From: a virus
Direction: 5' to 3' (one strand)
IMG/VR virus record: IMGVR_UViG_3300007643_000017
Location: 1 to 60,821 of that record
Length of the DNA: 60,821 bases
Positions within the stretch are counted from its first letter, which is position 1. Every line of letters begins with the position of its first letter. This document shows, piece after piece, positions 53,401 through 60,821 of this stretch. The position numbers and the translations under genes are program-made. The notes beneath the pieces were generated by a model. That model worked only from the letters and a program-made list of their open reading frames with translations, ran no database searches and was not told where the DNA came from.

Positions 53401-55584
53401 GGAACCTTCAAGAAAGGTCTGGACGAAATCGCGCAGGCCACTGATGCAGACAAGGTCAAACAATACGCTATCGACCTACAGGCTGTCGCTGATCGCGCAT
53501 TGAAAGCTGAGGGCAACATCGGCCTCGCCAAAGATACCGTCGTGGCTCTGTCAGCAGATACCGACAAGGCGTCGGCTGCTATGAACCGGCTCGGAGATTC
53601 TACCGATCAAGCGGGACAGAACCTCAGCGAGGGCCTCGGGAACACAGCAGTCAAAGTCGGTGATAATATCATCAAATTGACGAACGACATCACCACTCTT
53701 ATCTCGCAGTTGCAGAAGCTGGATTCAGTTCAGTTGAACAACTTCGAACAGCAGTTGACCTTTGGTCCCGACGATGCCCGATCCGGTTTGATCGGCAATG
53801 TCACGAGAGCAATCGCGGATCGCAGGGCACAGTTGTCCGGTGGAAACTTCGGCGGCTTGAACGCGGTAGCCGGAGCGGCACCCAACCCATCGTCGCCCGA
53901 GTATCTGGCCAACGCAGCATCTTTGCTCGGCTTGAACGAGACTAGCGGTAGAGCCGCAATTCAGAAGTATTTGGTTGATGGCGGTGCAGGTCTCGACCCT
54001 TCGGTCACTGCATGGTGCGCAGCGTTCGTCAACGCCACGCTCGGCAAGTCCGGCATCAAGGGCACCGGCTCTAACCTCGCTCGGTCCTTCCTGAACTTCG
54101 GATCGGACTCCTCTGCGAACCCTGCGGTCGGAGACATCGCGGTATTCAGCCGAGGCAATGATCCGTCCAAAGGCCACGTGGGATTCTTCCAAGGGTTCGA
54201 CGAGCAAGGCAACGTCCGTATCCTCGGCGGGAACCAAGGCGGCAAGCGCAACGGTGGCGGTGGCGTCACAGAGTCTACACGGAGCCGGTCAAGTCTGCTC
54301 GGCATCCGTAGAGCGCCAGACGCCGACGCGGCTACAATCAAAAAGAATGTTGCGGCACGGTTCAAGATCGAGCAGGACGCCCGGGAGAAACTTGAGAAAG
54401 CGGCTGCCGACAAGAAGAAAAAACAGGACGCTGTCACGGCAGGCATCGACGCTGAGAACGCGCAACGCAAATTCGAATTGTCCATCGCTGACAAAGGCGA
54501 GGTTGACCAGCAGGTCGCCACCGCACTTCGGGAAGCCGAACTGAAATTGCAGAAAGAGGGCTTGACCCTGACGACTCAGCAGAAGACTGAGATCGAAGCG
54601 ACGACACGTGCGCTGGCGGAAAAAGAGATCGCCCAGAAGAAGGCCAAAGATGCGGCCAAGGGCGAGACCGAAGAAGTCAAAGCTGCGAAGAAAGCTAATG
54701 AGGAAGTAAACGCGCTGGTCAAGCAACGGAAAGAGTTGCAGGAACAGTTGAAAATCTTCCAGCAAGGCGGCAATACAGAAGGTGTTGAACGCACCAAAGA
54801 ACAGATCAGTGCGCTGAACGAAAAGATCACTGAGGCTGCCAACAAAGCTCGCGACATGTGGACTGCTATCGGCGGGTCTGCTGCGGATGCCGCTGCGGCC
54901 AAGCTCGAAACGACGGCACTGAAAACTGCACAACTCGCGAAACAGGGAACGCAGGTTGCAGAACGCTGGAAAGGTGTCGATCAGTTGTTCGCCACTGGAC
55001 TCACGAACGCCTTCGATAGCTTTGCGCAATCTGTTGCCAAGGGTGAGAACGTTTTCGATGCTGCCCGGAACGCATTCCTGCAATTCGCTTCGGACTTCCT
55101 GCGCCAGATCGCACAGATGATTATCCAACAGGCTATCCTCAGCGCTCTTGGTGGCGGTGGCGCTGGCGGCGGCGGTGGAGCTATTGGCGGGTTCTTCACG
55201 AGCCTCTTCGGTGCCGGACATACAGGCGGACTCGTTGGCTCCGAACGCATCGGTTCCGGCAACCCGAGTCGCCGTGTATCTCCACTGGTTTTCGCTAACG
55301 CGCAACGCTTCCACGAAGGCGGACTCCCGGGCCTCCGTCCGAACGAAGTTGCGACCATCCTCAAGAAGAACGAAGAGGTTCTGACAGAGAACGATCCGCG
55401 CAACGTACTCAACGGCGGCGGCAAGGGTGGCACGGCTACGAAGCCGCAAGACGTGAAAGTCGTTAACGCTATCGATAGCGGGAGCTTTATTTCTGCGGGA
55501 CTTGATACTAAGTCTGGCGAGAAAGCTATCCTGAACTTCATGCGCGTCAATTCGAGCGCAATTCAATCGGCCCTGAGCGGCTAG
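50464..55584 (+). CDS. Tape measure protein with an embedded CHAP/NlpC-P60-like (TIGR02594-type) peptidoglycan hydrolase domain
   Basis: 1706 aa, mostly coiled-coil. The domain is VTAWCAAFVNATLGKSG...GDIAVFSRGNDPSKGHVGFFQG...ILGGNQG (about 53890-54260). A Gly-rich GGGGAGGGGGAIGG segment lies near the C-terminus. Confidence 0.85.
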   Translation: MARRDVELVVRAKDEAEKVIKSLTGAVNQFTKAQDGLKAQGGETDSTLSRLGATFKELDSQLKGFTVGQNITRQLDRATSASDRLDKSLTELTKESARLSKETAKVEQENAKLAASTTRAASAVSKQATAVKRAQANQKELTASLRQANAERGKLATAETRTQANLTKQNAAVDAAAAKYQKLSNQVTNTVNPTKRLAQQLATSNTALDRQKAKLETLNGSYSANQAAVQKAETSISRFAKNLAESNANLTKQKTRLDELQREYKETEGSSKAAARQLKNLRGDSEKVEQSLLGQREALNKTQVEMDQLATAAGKADRVLQSLATRSGAALQAAFDKQRRTLLETKREWKAYQAQVATAAASTVKIGPPTRQVAEAMARAQISAGRAKKEYQAQRVALQQLSGVLRQSATDTDSLRARQERFVQIQARTGQAIARIRSQSEQAARSNQVLANAAERAGRGLARVSQGADRVAASTGRAAGNTGRLAGTFNRLNGETRRSLGTLQRVRGQVLSMVAAYGGLFGVVSLIGKTRNAVRELEAAQSRLNVVFDGDQRLVGEELGFIRRESKRLALDFGALAQEYTKFAVATKGTNLEGEKTRQIFLGLATSARVNKLTTAQTGRAFNALTQIASKGVVQMEELRQQLGDSIPGAIQKFAKASGFGADEVDKFFKAVTDGEIGAEKLVDFARVLAEEAGPQLDKALAQNTARIDKFFNSVTFALQRFGAGGLDDGLADLADSVANVLDSDKFRAFSDTASAALGKLLDIISVLAENFDVLIIAMSAFAGVKLAGAVIRLATAFSGRLGPALAGFGANLRGTTAAMRASTGAAGAAAVGVRGLGLAFRAVFSATGIGLAITAITTVLGYLATQSSEVTKSFDEMATQTDKVKAAFRNAEGDLNKFRKALDGLTVSQAQGSLLKAEEALAAIRKEANTFVDFSRGAAYRQAYGGSILDAFTERAGKDAFEAIRTLRTQFVNGAIDAGTFKKGLDEIAQATDADKVKQYAIDLQAVADRALKAEGNIGLAKDTVVALSADTDKASAAMNRLGDSTDQAGQNLSEGLGNTAVKVGDNIIKLTNDITTLISQLQKLDSVQLNNFEQQLTFGPDDARSGLIGNVTRAIADRRAQLSGGNFGGLNAVAGAAPNPSSPEYLANAASLLGLNETSGRAAIQKYLVDGGAGLDPSVTAWCAAFVNATLGKSGIKGTGSNLARSFLNFGSDSSANPAVGDIAVFSRGNDPSKGHVGFFQGFDEQGNVRILGGNQGGKRNGGGGVTESTRSRSSLLGIRRAPDADAATIKKNVAARFKIEQDAREKLEKAAADKKKKQDAVTAGIDAENAQRKFELSIADKGEVDQQVATALREAELKLQKEGLTLTTQQKTEIEATTRALAEKEIAQKKAKDAAKGETEEVKAAKKANEEVNALVKQRKELQEQLKIFQQGGNTEGVERTKEQISALNEKITEAANKARDMWTAIGGSAADAAAAKLETTALKTAQLAKQGTQVAERWKGVDQLFATGLTNAFDSFAQSVAKGENVFDAARNAFLQFASDFLRQIAQMIIQQAILSALGGGGAGGGGGAIGGFFTSLFGAGHTGGLVGSERIGSGNPSRRVSPLVFANAQRFHEGGLPGLRPNEVATILKKNEEVLTENDPRNVLNGGGKGGTATKPQDVKVVNAIDSGSFISAGLDTKSGEKAILNFMRVNSSAIQSALSG

Positions 55585-55594
55585 GAGAAAGACA

Positions 55595-56590
55595 ATGGCA
55601 TTTGAAATCGGAACCGCGACCAGTGCAGCAGACCTGTACGCGAAGTTGCAGACATTCTTGAAGACGAACGTCGATCTCGTCGCCGCTACTGAGGAATGGA
55701 CCGAAGTTTGGAACGGCACGACCATCGGAACGAATCCGACTGACGTACTATTGCAGGGTCCGGGAACTTCGGGCACGGCGGAAGTTTTGATCGGCATGCG
55801 TTTGTTCGAAGATGTGCCGGGGGACAGGTATCACATCCGCATTTCCGGCGCGACGGGCATTCTTGTCGGCTCCGATTCATACGACGCGCATGTCAATTCA
55901 ACGCCACAGCATGTCTACATCCCCTTGGACGCCGGAGCGATGTCCTACTGGTTCGTCGCAAACGGCTCCCGGTTCGTCATTGTCGTCAAGATCAGCACGG
56001 TCTTTGAGGCGGCGTATGCCGGACTCTTCCTGCCTTACTCCGATCCAATCGCATATCCGTACCCGCTTTTCATCGGTGGCTCAGCAGGCAACTTCGATCT
56101 GGAAAACTCCCCCGAAGATTGGCGCGATGCCACAGACGGTCACACGCACTTCACGAACCCTCAACTCAAACTGAACGTGTCCAGATTTGGCAGCCCTGCG
56201 AAGATGTTGGACCCGGCAGGTCTTTGGACTGACGGGGAAAACTATGCCTACACGGACGCGAGTTCCAACATGCTTATCGGACCGCTGAACCACAACGGTT
56301 TCTGGGAGTACGAAGGTGAAAACGACGCCGTGAACGAATATTGGTATCAGCCACGGTATCTGTACGGACGTATGCGTGAGGCCTTCGGCGGCGACTTCCC
56401 GCTGTGGAGAATGGAACTCACGGGTCAAGACGGTCCGACGAACTTCGGCGTCCTTGACGGCGTAACCTTCTGCCAACAATTCCAGAACTCGGCGGAAAAC
56501 CTTATCACTATCGGTGGCGTGGACCACCTCGTTGTCCAGAACGTATTTCGCACAGGCGAGTTCGATTACTGGGCATTGGCATTGGAGTAG
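55595..56590 (+). CDS. Distal tail / baseplate-region protein (331 aa)
   Basis: SD aggagaaagacaATG. Position after the tape measure gene. Confidence 0.5.
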   Translation: MAFEIGTATSAADLYAKLQTFLKTNVDLVAATEEWTEVWNGTTIGTNPTDVLLQGPGTSGTAEVLIGMRLFEDVPGDRYHIRISGATGILVGSDSYDAHVNSTPQHVYIPLDAGAMSYWFVANGSRFVIVVKISTVFEAAYAGLFLPYSDPIAYPYPLFIGGSAGNFDLENSPEDWRDATDGHTHFTNPQLKLNVSRFGSPAKMLDPAGLWTDGENYAYTDASSNMLIGPLNHNGFWEYEGENDAVNEYWYQPRYLYGRMREAFGGDFPLWRMELTGQDGPTNFGVLDGVTFCQQFQNSAENLITIGGVDHLVVQNVFRTGEFDYWALALE

Positions 56591-56594
56591 ACGA

Positions 56595-57566
56595 ATGGCG
56601 TATTCAACACACACGATCAACACCATGGGTGAAATCGCTGCGCTCGTAGTCGCTGCGGTCAACACAGCCGGTTGGACCAACAACGGAACTGACACGATCA
56701 CGCTCCCGGGCGGGATGACAGTCATCCTATCGTCGATAGACACGACTTCCGAAAAGTCTTTTAGACTCGAAGACACGACCGACAACACGAGGTACACGGA
56801 ATTTCGCGGCCCGTATTTGAACGGCACCGCAACCGGCGTCCCTGCCGATACCCCGCCAACCAAGCTGCACCTATTCACAGGCGCTACGCCAGATGATTTT
56901 GTTGCGGGCGTGGTGGAGTTTGGGTTCAACGCCTATCGACACTTCTATCTCGGCCACATGGAGAAAATCGGAAACTACACATCCGAAGGAATCTTGTCGT
57001 CGAACCAGTTTGACTACACGTATGGAAGCACGACTTACCCGGATTGGAAGTATCCAAGCAACCGATACCTGTTCGGGGCGCGGTGCATCGACAGCACCAT
57101 TCGCCCCGGTGGCGGCGGTGTGGACATCCAACACATCGACCGAATCGATCCAGACTGGGCTCGTCTCGGCGACCAGAGTACCAGCATCGTCAATGCGCAA
57201 CAGGGGCTCACTACCAACAATGTGTTGGGTGGGAACATGGATGGCATCAACACTGTTCACGTACACCAAGCCAAGTCTGCTTTTGCCGGACAAAACGTCC
57301 TCGTGCCACCAAATCTGTACCTCACCGAGGGTGCAGGAACCACGGTACGATTGCGTCCGATTGGTAAACCCCATGGCGTTCGTCTCGTAAATATGCAAGA
57401 CCTTGATACTGACACATCAATTGTTGTCGGTGCCGACACGTGGCGCGTCTTCGCGGAGTTCAGGAGAACGAACTTTTTCAACGGGACTCGAGATGCAGTG
57501 GCACCAAACAGATACTTGAACGAAGAGTTGAGCTACTACTTGGGTCTCGCATACTTGGAAGGTTGA
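56595..57566 (+). CDS. Distal tail / baseplate-region protein (323 aa)
   Basis: Start MAYSTHT at 56595, right after the upstream stop. Confidence 0.5.
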   Translation: MAYSTHTINTMGEIAALVVAAVNTAGWTNNGTDTITLPGGMTVILSSIDTTSEKSFRLEDTTDNTRYTEFRGPYLNGTATGVPADTPPTKLHLFTGATPDDFVAGVVEFGFNAYRHFYLGHMEKIGNYTSEGILSSNQFDYTYGSTTYPDWKYPSNRYLFGARCIDSTIRPGGGGVDIQHIDRIDPDWARLGDQSTSIVNAQQGLTTNNVLGGNMDGINTVHVHQAKSAFAGQNVLVPPNLYLTEGAGTTVRLRPIGKPHGVRLVNMQDLDTDTSIVVGADTWRVFAEFRRTNFFNGTRDAVAPNRYLNEELSYYLGLAYLEG

Positions 57567-57570
57567 TTGA

Positions 57571-59259
57571 ATGCCCGCAGGCGCTTTTGTTGATGGTCAG
57601 ATCGCGGCCAACCGACCGACAGATCAATTCGTTGGAAATACGAACGGGTACAGTGCCGGTGCGCGAGCCCTTTGGGATTCCGACATAGTGATTTCGGGCA
57701 ACTTCACGAACGAATTTCCGGTGACGCTGCTGACACAAAACTTTTCCGGGGCCTACGTCTGCTCGTTCTTCGACGACTACTACAACGTCATCTACGTTCT
57801 CCCGACCGTGATCGATTTCGGTGCCGTGGGTAACGAGACGACGAACCAGTTCTATATCTTCAACGCGTACTTGACGCCACAGACCATGGCTTCGATCACT
57901 GAGGTGAACACGGACGGATTGGTTCTGGTCGGCGCGGTTCCGCCTGTCGTATTCAGGCCGACTGCCGTGCGGCTCTACAACCTGACTGCGGAATTGGCCG
58001 GTCCTGCCCTCATAGACGCGCTCTACACGTTCAACTTCCCTACAGACAACCCAACCCTGCGTGTCTCCGGTTCGAGAGCAACGTTGTCTCGGTTCGACCC
58101 CAATTGGGATAATCCGTACACGATGATCTTCGAGTACAAGACCGACATCCTGACTGTAGACAACGGGCGCGAGCAACGTCGTGCGACCCGAGAGCATCCG
58201 CGTATCGGTGTTGAGTTCAGCATGCTTGAGACAGATCAACAGATGCGCGATTTCTCGCATTTGGTTTTGGGCTCGCAGAACAACAAAATCCTCGTGCAAG
58301 ATTACTCCCGGAAATTGACGACAACGCTCGATCTCCCGGCCAGCACTTTGACGGTCACGGTGGACGAAACGCCATACTGGCTTGTCCCCGATCTGACAGT
58401 CGTAATCAGCACCAAAGAAAACCGTGAGACAAGAGTCGTCGAAAGCGTTTTGGGCAACACCATCACCTTCGCCGGTCAGGGCGAGAACGATTTCCTTGCT
58501 GGAACGTTTATCCGGCCAGCGCTCTCGTGCCGGTTCCGCAAAGATGTGACGATCAATATGCTGACGAACACTGTCGGAAGAATCCCGGTTCGGTTCGATG
58601 CTATTCCCGGCGACATCATTCGTCCACCAGTCCCAGTCGCCGACACGTTCTTGAATGGCACTGAGGTATTCACGCGTAAGCCCAATTACGAGGCCGGTGT
58701 GGAGATCACAATTGAGGCCGGTCGAGATGTGGTTGACTTCGATAGAGGCGTTGACAGGCTCTTTGAGAACTACGCATACCCCACTCGCAAGACGAAGTTG
58801 AAGTATAGCGGGCTTGCCCCCGAAACGACCGAAGAACTGATCGGCTTCTTCATGCGGCAGCGCGGAAGACAGGGTCAGTTCTACATGCCGTCGTGGACAT
58901 CCGACATGGTTCTCCGGCAAGGCATCGTTCTCAACGGCAACAGCATTCAAGTCGAAGGCGACGAACTGTTTGGTAGAGTCGCCGACAGCCCCATCCATCG
59001 GGGCATCGTTATTAACCTTGCGGACGGCACAAAACTTTACCGCGAAGTCGATTTGATCTATCTTCAAGACGATGGGGGAGTCGACCACACCACTATTCAG
59101 GTCACTGATCCGTTCCCGGCCACTGTGCCGTTGGACGAAATCACTGACGTGTCGTGGCTCTACTTCACGCGTTTTGGTGCTGACTCCCTCACTGTCGAAT
59201 TTCTGACCAACACCGTGTCGGACATGAAACTCAATTTTTACACCGTGGCAAAGGACTAG
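57571..59259 (+). CDS. Distal tail protein with a DUF2460 (GTA g12 / gpM-like) region
   Basis: ...GREQRRATREHPR...EELIGFFMRQRGRQGQFYMPSWTSD fits my recollection of the family pattern. Confidence 0.5.
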   Translation: MPAGAFVDGQIAANRPTDQFVGNTNGYSAGARALWDSDIVISGNFTNEFPVTLLTQNFSGAYVCSFFDDYYNVIYVLPTVIDFGAVGNETTNQFYIFNAYLTPQTMASITEVNTDGLVLVGAVPPVVFRPTAVRLYNLTAELAGPALIDALYTFNFPTDNPTLRVSGSRATLSRFDPNWDNPYTMIFEYKTDILTVDNGREQRRATREHPRIGVEFSMLETDQQMRDFSHLVLGSQNNKILVQDYSRKLTTTLDLPASTLTVTVDETPYWLVPDLTVVISTKENRETRVVESVLGNTITFAGQGENDFLAGTFIRPALSCRFRKDVTINMLTNTVGRIPVRFDAIPGDIIRPPVPVADTFLNGTEVFTRKPNYEAGVEITIEAGRDVVDFDRGVDRLFENYAYPTRKTKLKYSGLAPETTEELIGFFMRQRGRQGQFYMPSWTSDMVLRQGIVLNGNSIQVEGDELFGRVADSPIHRGIVINLADGTKLYREVDLIYLQDDGGVDHTTIQVTDPFPATVPLDEITDVSWLYFTRFGADSLTVEFLTNTVSDMKLNFYTVAKD

Positions 59260-59265
59260 CCGACG

Positions 59266-60096
59266 ATGACGTTTGCAGCCAAAGAGACCAGCCAAGCAGA
59301 AGGCGTCCCGGTCGAACTTTTCTATTTCGAGTATGGCACCGCCACAGATGCGTTCTACGCTTTCACGGACGCTGAGTATGACGTGACGCATCAAGGCATC
59401 ACGTATCGGGCTGTTCCTATCGAGCGGGACAACTACAAGACCAATGGCAACCTCGACAAAACGACGATGCGTATTCGCACAGATCGTGAGTCAGAACTGT
59501 TCAAGCTCTTCAACCTGTACCCGCCGAGCCAGCCGGTTATCGCAACGATCCGGCACGGACACTTGAATGACCCGGACGAAGAGTTTCTGGTCATCTGGAC
59601 GGGACGTATCCTTGGTGCCGACCGGGAAGAGGACATCGCCGTCTACACGTGCGAGCCGACAGCCAGATCAATGAAGCGCAACGGCCTGCGCCGGAACTAC
59701 CAGTTGGTGTGCCCTCACGCGCTCTATGGTACGGCCTGTGGAGCCGACAAGGGCGCTGCAACGATCTCAGTACCCATCCAGTCCTTGACTTCCACGCGAC
59801 TTAATTTCGCCACTGGTTGGACCAGCGAGACGGTATCTGATTACGTCGGCGGAGTCGTCGAATGGGGTGGCATCTACGGTCGAGAGTACCGGACAATTTT
59901 GCGGACCGACAACTTGGAGCAGATCGTATTGAACGGGCCAACGACTGGGCTCGCCATCGGAGCGTTCGTGGAAGTCTCTCTGGGCTGCAAGCACAACTTG
60001 ACGGACTGCGGAACGATTCACAATAATTCACAGAACTTCGGCGGGCAGCCATGGATTCCACTGAGAAGCCCCATCCGAAAAAACCCATTCTCATAA
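59266..60096 (+). CDS. DUF2163 + BR0599-type tail protein (GTA g13 / gpL-like)
   Basis: VELFYFEYG...YAFTDAEYDV...YRAVPIER, and the C-terminal GCKHNLTDCGTIHNNSQNFGGQPWIP. Confidence 0.75.
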   Translation: MTFAAKETSQAEGVPVELFYFEYGTATDAFYAFTDAEYDVTHQGITYRAVPIERDNYKTNGNLDKTTMRIRTDRESELFKLFNLYPPSQPVIATIRHGHLNDPDEEFLVIWTGRILGADREEDIAVYTCEPTARSMKRNGLRRNYQLVCPHALYGTACGADKGAATISVPIQSLTSTRLNFATGWTSETVSDYVGGVVEWGGIYGREYRTILRTDNLEQIVLNGPTTGLAIGAFVEVSLGCKHNLTDCGTIHNNSQNFGGQPWIPLRSPIRKNPFS

Positions 60097-60105
60097 GGTC
60101 GCACT

Positions 60106-60348
60106 ATGCCATTCTTCGTCCAACTGCTGATCGGTATCGCTTTGAACGTCATTGCGTATCTGCTCGCTCCGAAACCGAAAAAAGAGAAGCCCCCCGAGGT
60201 GGAAGACATCGACGATCCGGTAGCAGAAGCCGGGAAGCCGATCCCCGTCCCGTTCGGTACGATCACTATCAAGGGCTTGAACATTCTCTGGTTCGGCAAT
60301 AAGGGTCATGCAGAGAGACGCATCAACCCCGGGAAGTCGAAGAAATGA
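60106..60348 (+). CDS. Short gpI-like tail assembly protein (TM plus GKPIPVPFG motif)
   Basis: MPFFVQLLIGIALNVIAYLL...AGKPIPVPFGTITIKGLNILW resembles the C-terminal part of lambda gpI and the N-terminus of GTA g15-type proteins. Confidence 0.5.
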   Translation: MPFFVQLLIGIALNVIAYLLAPKPKKEKPPEVEDIDDPVAEAGKPIPVPFGTITIKGLNILWFGNKGHAERRINPGKSKK

Positions 60349-60551
60349 GGATGACGATACAAGACCCTCGGACGCTCGGAATTTGTTTGTCCGGCGTCAA
60401 GAGCATTTGCGAAGTTGAAGGTATCGACTTCCGTAAATTTGTGCGCGAGGGCATCGACATCGCAGACGTTGAACATATCGACGACGACAACATGAGAGCG
60501 GCAATCGCTCAAGCCAAGAAACGCATCGCTGAGGAAGCTGAAAATGAGTAG
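60345..60551 (+). CDS. Hypothetical acidic protein (68 aa) between the gpI-like and gpJ-like genes
   Basis: ATGA overlap upstream, and an 8-nt overlap with the gpJ-like start. Confidence 0.5.
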   Translation: MRMTIQDPRTLGICLSGVKSICEVEGIDFRKFVREGIDIADVEHIDDDNMRAAIAQAKKRIAEEAENE

Positions 60552-60821
60552 CAAAAAAGGACCACCAGAGGCCCCCGTAGTCGATTATCACATGTCGATC
60601 CACTACGGAATTTGCCACGGCCCTCTCGATGCCATCAACGGAATCACAGTCAAAGAGAAACTGTTGCAGACGGTCAAAAACGCTGGTCCGCTTACCGTGG
60701 ACACGGTGCTGTCGATCAACGCGCCCGAGCTATTCGGCGGCGACAAGAAGGAAGGCGGTCCGCGTGGTGTCATGGAATACTACGCCGGGAACCTCAATCA
60801 GGTTATGTCGGAAGAGATCGC
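60544..60821 (+). CDS. gpJ-like host-specificity protein, N-terminal part (continues at nt 2-3313 through the overlap)
   Basis: MSSKKGPPEAPVVDYHMSIHYGICHGPLDAINGI parallels the lambda gpJ N-terminus (MGKGSSKG...ISEGPIEG). Same frame as 2..3313. Confidence 0.85.
   Translation, partial: MSSKKGPPEAPVVDYHMSIHYGICHGPLDAINGITVKEKLLQTVKNAGPLTVDTVLSINAPELFGGDKKEGGPRGVMEYYAGNLNQVMSEEI
60723..60821. repeat. Terminal overlap, copy 2 (identical to 1-99)
   Basis: Read directly. Confidence 0.95.

Noticed and set aside
54289-55797. A 502-aa antisense ORF inside the tape measure gene; likewise 37130-38116, 15389-16252, 50893-51639 and 52569-53255
   Set aside because: These are antisense shadow ORFs within long, well-supported genes in a GC-rich genome. 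They have biased low-complexity composition and no start context.
60106-60821. The idea that the gpJ-like gene is a pseudogene broken by frameshifts
   Set aside because: The segment from 60544 has its own ATG and an N-terminus colinear with lambda gpJ. The upstream 80-aa ORF fits a gpI-like role. No internal stops occur in the 1163-codon gene across the junction.
1-60821. Calling the phage temperate on the basis of the Cro-like regulator
   Set aside because: I could recognise no integrase, excisionase, CI-like repressor, partition system or att-like site. Lifestyle is left open, leaning lytic.

Overview
The window is a complete, head-to-tail closed genome of a tailed dsDNA phage, about 60,722 bp. 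Nt 1-99 are identical to nt 60723-60821, and a lambda-gpJ-like tail gene reads straight across that junction. There are three arms. (1) A plus-strand replication module at 27.9-35.0 kb: Lys/Ala-rich acidic protein, Cas4-like DUF2800 nuclease, DUF2815 SSB-like protein, family-A DNA polymerase, HNH endonuclease, VRR-NUC nuclease, SNF2 helicase. (2) A plus-strand lambda-like packaging, head, tail and lysis module running from 35.0 kb through the junction to 6.6 kb: small terminase-like protein, GpA-type large terminase interrupted by an intein, gpW, portal, S49 protease, decoration protein, gpE-type capsid, tail chaperones with a -1 frameshift, tape measure, GTA/lambda-type distal tail genes, gpJ-like protein, endolysin, overlapped spanins. 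(3) A minus-strand early/accessory arm from 27.9 kb down to 6.7 kb: Cro-like HTH, primase/VirE helicase, a 1.2-kb gene-free repeat block, about 20 small genes, an HTH-metallophosphoesterase, several MazG-type pyrophosphohydrolase domains, a Spo11/Topo-VIA-like protein, a GapR homologue and a DNA methyltransferase. I saw no tRNA, rRNA, CRISPR array, integrase or CI-type repressor. The GapR homologue and the BR0599/DUF2163-type tail genes suggest an alphaproteobacterial host; that is inference. Main leads, in order: a C-terminal DD[LI]I / acidic-L[IV] tail shared by ten otherwise unrelated DNA-handling proteins; the repeat-dense 1.2-kb non-coding block (candidate ori/cos); a class-3-type intein splitting the terminase P-loop; an unusual concentration of nucleotide-pool enzymes, including a three-part fusion; a stand-alone Spo11/Topo-VIA-like protein; and an HTH-phosphoesterase gene flanked by shared sequence boxes. 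All family assignments come from motif recognition by eye. No searches were run.
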